A stretch of 64,000 nt of DNA from NCBI RefSeq assembly GCF_006345805.1, contig NC_043005.1, forward strand, positions 75,020,001 to 75,084,000. Reading direction: 5' to 3'. Made by a program: the position numbers and the translations under genes. The stretch's first letter is position 1, and every line of letters begins with the position of its first letter. Of this stretch, positions 56,001 to 62,800 are shown in pieces. Under the pieces are notes generated by a model. That model saw only the letters and a program-made list of their open reading frames with translations, was not told the DNA's origin and searched no databases. The stretch is from Octopus sinensis (Eukaryota).

Positions 56001-58700
56001 TGAGGCAAGTGAAAATCAAATCAAATCAAATCAAATCAAATCAAAACAAATCAAAATAGATGAACATTAATGGAATTTGTATCTTTGTGGTACCAGTGCC
56101 GGTGGCACACAAGTAAACCATCCGAACGTGGCCGTAGCCAGTACCGCATCGACTGGCCTCCGTGCTGTGGGCACGTAAAACACCATCCGATCGTGGCCGT
56201 TCGCCAGCCTCATCTGGTACCTATGTCGGTGGCACATAAAAACACCATCCGAAGACCCGGCAAGACTAGTCAGGCCATAACCCGTGGCCCCTACCTGGGA
56301 CGTAGTCAGTCCACCTGTGCATACCTTCCTTCTTGTGACACTTGTGAAGACCTGTTGAGGCAAGTGAAAATCAAAACAAATCAAAATAGATGAACATCAA
56401 TGGAATTTGTATCTTTGTGGTACCAGTGCCGGTTGGCACACAAGAAAACCATCCGAACGTGGCCGTAGCCAGTACCGCATCGACTGGCCTCCGTGCTGTG
56501 GGCACGTAACAAACACCATCCGATCGTGGCCGTTTGCCAGCCTCATCTGGCACCTGTGTCGGTGGCACATAAAAACACCATCTGAGCGTAGCCGTCTGCC
56601 AGCCTCGTCTGGCACCTGTGTCGGTGGCACATAAAAAACACCATCCGAGCGTGGCTGTTTGCCAGCCTCGTCTGGCACCTGTGTCGGTGGCACATAAAAT
56701 CACCCACTACACTCTCGGAGTGGTTGGCGTTAGGAAGGGCATCCAGCTGTAGAAACACTGCCAGATCTGACTGGACTGGTGCAGCCTTCGGGCTCCCCAG
56801 GTCCCAGTTGAACCGTCCAACCCATGCTAGCATGGAAAGCGGACGTTAAATGATGATGATGATGATGATGATGATGTTTCTAAATCCTTACAACATAAAT
56901 GACAAGCAATCCTTGCTGATAAGAACAAAGCTCCTAAAATGGTTAGAGAAAATTTGAAGGGTTGCATTGATATCATGGTAGAATGTCTGTAGTGTTTACA
57001 GAAGATATAGGTTCAATTCCCACAAACAGAATTTGACTTTTCCCACCCAAGGATTTTTTAAACCCAATATTCGACACATTACTATTTATAGTTTTATCTA
57101 CTGTGAGTTCTACAGTTAAAAATGATTTATTTTAGACTTAATATGTTTTGTAAGACATAATGTTTTAAAGAGCTTACAAAATAACATGAAGTACTCTTTT
57201 TGTTGACTTAAATCTTTTATCTCTGATCAAGTGTAGAGCGGTAAGATATTAAACTATAAGTGCATATCAGTTAATACCCACTGCAATAGTTATGCACTCA
57301 AGGTCCATAAGACCAGCACCTTGCCTAAAAGATTATTTGATTATTTCAAGCATTGTGCTTTTGGCCAAGACATCCAATTACACATGTATCAACTAATCTA
57401 GATCTTCCTGGGTAGGAAAAGTCAAATGCTGTTTGTTGGACTTGAACCTACATCTGTAAACATTACAGAAATTCTACCATGATATCAAAGAAACCCTTCA
57501 AATTTTCTCCAACCATTTTATGGGCTTTGTTCTTAACAAGAATTGCTTGTGGTTTATGTTGTAAGGAAGATCTAAATTAGTTGAGAGAGTAACTGTCAAT
57601 CTACTGGGAGATTTATGCTTCATTTAATGAATCCTAAAGATTGCAGAAACATTTTTTAGTATCATAATTCATTACTGGAAACTACTAATATTGCTGATGA
57701 CAAAAGAATGAAACACATTACTAGGTAACCATAAGAGATCATAGAAGGTGCAAAGGAAAACCACAAAGGATATTTGAAGTTTCTTTTTGTACAGCAAGTA
57801 ATGTCTTTATTATAACCACCTACAGATTCTTCCTCCTGGGCATCTTACTACCATTTCTGTCTTGAATTAAAATATCTAAAATAATTTAATTTTTTTTTAA
57901 AATCTAAAATATCTAATTAAAATAATTTAATTTTAAAAGAATTTAAATATCTAAAATAACATTTTCAGATTCTGACATTGTTAAGAAAAATGTTTGTAGG
58001 TTTTTAAATTTATGACATGTTATATTATTTTATATATTTTACATCAATTCTGCATTGTTTTATCATCCTTAGCAAAATGTAGAACATTTAATTTGGGCTG
58101 AAGAGAAATGTAAAATCATATTGTCAGGATTAATATTTGAAAGATGTAGAAATGTCCTTCCTTCAACAATTGTTAAAAAATATTATGATGACTGTCTAAA
58201 TGATGCATGTGGGTAAGTTTAATTTAAATGTTACTTTAACAAATCTCTTTCAATTACATTAATTTTTTTCTAAAAATAGAAACAAACAATTTAAAGAAGT
58301 TAATTACCTCACCACCCTCTCTTCTAAAATGAAAGTAGCCTTGTAGCCCCTCATCAGCAAAAAACCCATCCTGGTCTAAATCCGTTTCTGATACTTTTAA
58401 TCTCTCATAAAGTCACCTCACTTGGAGTTTGTAGTCTTGCAAGGTGCATGGTGACCTCAATAGTGCTGCTGGGACATAAAAAGAACCTAGTACATTTATA
58501 AAGTGGTAGGTGATAGGAAGGGCACCCAACCTTAGGAACAATATCAATATAGAGAGTAGAACACTATCCTTGGGCCTATCAGGTCCTTTCAAGCCATCCA
58601 AATCAAACTCATACTGCCATCGAACAAGGATATATACATACATACATACATACATACATACATACATACATACATACACACACATACATACATCCATACA

Positions 58701-58736
<36 letters not shown>

Positions 58737-58910
58737 GATAAGTCAGTAAATAGTGGGGTTGTGTTATATATATATATGCTCTCCCTGCCTTGGGTCTTAA
58801 ATACCAAAGCTGTTGATGGGAGAAGTAGGAGCACTGACATGACATCAAACATATCTGGTGGAGCTCATCTTTCTCAAAATCTAAAATGCAGCCAATTTCT
58901 TCAACAACAG

Positions 58911-58952
<42 letters not shown>

Positions 58953-59760
58953 AGAAAGATAGAGAGAGAGAGGAAATTATTCTAATGCCAGACTGATACT
59001 ATAAGTATATAAAATAGTTTCTTTAATGTTTTTTTCAATAAGTTACTATTTAAAATTTATAAAGATGTTTCTTTGTTATTGAGAACCTCATTAAACATTA
59101 AGTGGATATAGATGAAAAATAAAGAAAATTTTCCCACTTTGAAACTTATAATTTAAAAATTCAAAATTGATTTTAAAAATTATTTAAAAATTAATTCCAA
59201 ATCAAATATCAAATTATTTACTTTATATAATACATTTACTACATAAAATGTTATTTGAACCATCTTAGCTAAATAATTAATTAATTCTAATAAATTAGTA
59301 GTTAATCCTTTAGCATTCAGATTACTCTGGTAAATGTAATGCTAATTTATTATATTGTTTTGAATTAATTATGCATTATCTCATAGCTGTGAGAAATCAA
59401 TGATGTGAGTGTCTGTATTTAGAATGACATTGCGGGGTAGGTATGAGAGGTTGGATCTGATCAGTTTAAATGTAAAATTGGAAGAATAGTTTGGTGGGAT
59501 ATGGTCTATTGAAATATTAAAAGGTTAAAACATGTGATTTCTTTCCAGTTGTGACAATGGCAGAGGCGGTGATTGTCTGTGCACTGCTATTGCAAACTTT
59601 GCCACAGAATGTACTTTCCTTGGAGTTCCTACAAGATGGCGGACTCAATCACTTTGTCGTAAGTACTGTGTGAAAAATTATTGAAATGTGAAAACAACTT
59701 AAATTTTTAATTCATTTTTGATGCTAAAAATAATTTTACTGGAATATACACACACAAACA

Positions 59761-59820
<60 letters not shown>

Positions 59821-62800
59821 TTCTCTGTTTATCTATTTCTCTATCTATCTATCTGTCTGCCTGTCTGTTTGTCTATCTGTCCATCCATCCATCCATCCAT
59901 ACATACATCCATACATCTATACATACATACATACATACATACATAAGTATGTATGTATATATTTATGTGTGTGTATGTAGGTATGTTTATGTATGTATAT
60001 ATATATATATATAAATATATTTATGTATGTATATATATTCATGTACATATATGAATGTGTGTGTACATGCATGTGTGTGTGTGCATGTCTTTGTCCCCAC
60101 ACTGCTTGACAACTGGTCTTGGTTTGTTTACATTCAAGTAATTTGGCAAAAGAGACTGTGGAAAAAGAACCAGACTTAAAAACTAAGCACTGGGGTTGAT
60201 TTGTTCAATGAAACTCTTGAAGGTGGTGCCCCAGAATGTCTACACTCCAATGACTGGAACAGGTAGTAAAAAATAAATAAATAAACAAATAAATAAATAT
60301 TGTTATGTAAGTGTATCTTCTGTTTGTTTCATTTCATTTTTCAGCATCTGTCTGTCTGTCTCTATCTGCCTGTCTCTGTCTCTCTCTATCTCTGTCTCTA
60401 TCTCTTTCTCTCTCTTTCGATTGTCAGTTAACCATATGATCTTAAAGAATATAATTCTATATTTCATTATTTTGAAATGATTATTTTATAATCAATATAA
60501 TATTTAATATAATTTTTATTCTTTTGTAAATCCTCTTCTGCAGCAATCCAGTGTGACATAGGTTCTGTATATTTTGAATGTGGAAGTGCAAAACCAAAAA
60601 CGTGCAATGATTTATCAGAAAAAAGAAATACAGAGATTGGTTCAGATTCAGCTCCTTGTGTTGAAGGTTGTTTTTGTCCACATGGTTATGCAATGGAAGG
60701 TAAAGTTTGTTATGGCTTTCATATTTCTAAGAAATAAGATCAACTCTTTCAAATTTCATCAAGTAACTAAAAATCGAAATCAAATTCTATGACTGGCATC
60801 CACGCTAGTGGAACACCAAGAGCACCATCCGAGCCTGATCATTACCAGAGCAGCTAACTGGCTTCCGTGATGGTGGCACGTAAAAAGCAACATTTGAACA
60901 TGATTGTTACCAGCGTCGCCTTACTGGCACATGAAAAAAATTCGAGTGAGGTGGTTGCCAGTGCCGCTGGACTGGGTCCTGTGCAGGTGGCACGTAAAAA
61001 ACACCATTTGAGCATGGCTGTTGCCAGTACTGCCTGACTGGCCCTCGTGCCGATGACACATAAAGGCACCCACTACACTCTTGGAGTGGTTGGCATTAGG
61101 AAGGGCATCAAGCTGTAGAAACTCTGCTGGATCAGATTGGAGCCTGGTGCAGCCATCAGGCTCACCAGTCCCCAGTCAAACCGTCCAACCCATGCTAGCA
61201 TGGAAAGCAGACGTTAAACGATGATGATGATGATGATGATGAACCAACTAACAAAAATCTTTTAAGTTAGAATGTATAAGTTCATATAAACTGTGGCTCC
61301 AATACAAATAGCAGTTTGGTTGTCTGGTATGAATAAGGCCACTACAAGCTGAATGTGAAAAAGTTTGAAAGAATAAGCATAGTACATTGTCTGTCATGTG
61401 GGTTAACAAGGGACTTGTTCAGATCAAGGGATGTTGTTCAGATCAAGGGACGTTGTTCAGATCATATCTGTTGTTTGAAAAATATATTGTAGTTTCCATT
61501 CAATTTAAGAACAACCAGCAATAAGCCTGTGAGTTGTTCTGAGAAACAAGGGGTGGAAGCACAAAGGATATATCTCCCCCAGGATCTTGAAGATGGTCCA
61601 GAAGGGAACAAATGTTTGTGATTGGGAATGAAGAAAATATAATGACAGTTGCTAGTGTAATGATGATTGCTTCTGGTTGGACCCCATAGAAGAAGGTGCC
61701 TGATGACTTAACCCCAGTGACCTTTCCAGGAATACTGGACAGAGAAGATGAATGGAAGGATGCTTGTAAGAATTTAATTTTGCTTACAATTTGAATGTAC
61801 TTACAATTTTGCTTATAATTTTAGAAAATGAATGTATACCTGAATCAGAATGCCCATGTTATCTTGGAATTGCTAAATATCCATCTGGAACTAAAGTTTC
61901 ATTAGATCTGTGTACAGTTTGGTAAGTATACTTGAGAATAACAACACTCACTATAACTTATGATAATTGGTTAGATTAAAACTTATTTATTTGATTAAAT
62001 CTTTCAGAATAAGCTCTAGGCATTAGAAATTGATTTTATCTTTTGTGATGATTATAATTAATAGTAACAGCTATTGATTAATAATTCAAAATGGAAACTT
62101 TTGAAAGCAGAGAATTTATAATATAAAAGTAGCTAATATATCTTGTGTGTACGTATAGATATATCATCAAGTAAATGTAAGTGTAAGCAAGTTGGGCAGG
62201 TCAAAATACAAAATATATTCTTTTCTACTCTAGGTACAAGGCCTAAAATTTTGGGGGAGGGGGCTAGTCGATTTGATCGACCCCAGTATGCAACTGGTAC
62301 TTAATTTATCGACAGATGAAAGGCAAAATCGACCTCAGCAGAATCTGAATTCAGAATGTAGACTGACAAAATACCACTAAGCATTTCACCTGGCGTGCTA
62401 CCGTTTCTGCCAGCATGCCACCTTAAAAAAATACAAAGTATATTAGATAAATAGAATACAAAAAATGTTCACCGAATAGAAATGATATCAAAAATTAAAG
62501 GGTTTGAAGAAAAGTATTACAAATCCAACAGCTGTTTCTGTGGGGGCTTGATGGTCCAATATAATGTTTGTAGAGTGATTCCATCATTGGATGGTGTTGA
62601 CATTTGAGGTGTTGACAAGATGAAGTTCAAAGATTCCAAAACTTGGATCATAGAAAATGATTCCCCATTCAAATAGTCAGTAGCTCCAAATATTGTTAAT
62701 CTTCTTGATCTCAGATATTCTTCATTCTGGACATCTAGAATATTATTAATATCAAATCTTTCAATGCTAAAAGGCAAAAGTAAACATAAAAAGATTACAA

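Noticed and set aside
55057-56700. Regularly spaced repeats resembling a CRISPR array, and overlapping 100-150-aa ORFs
   Set aside because: Eukaryotic intron; the 'spacers' are themselves repeated; no cas genes; the ORFs are by-products of a GC-rich tandem array.
61500-61780. ~88-codon open frame on the minus strand near exon 26
   Set aside because: Weak acceptor, no start or donor, no recognisable motif; cannot be linked to the 62517 candidate.
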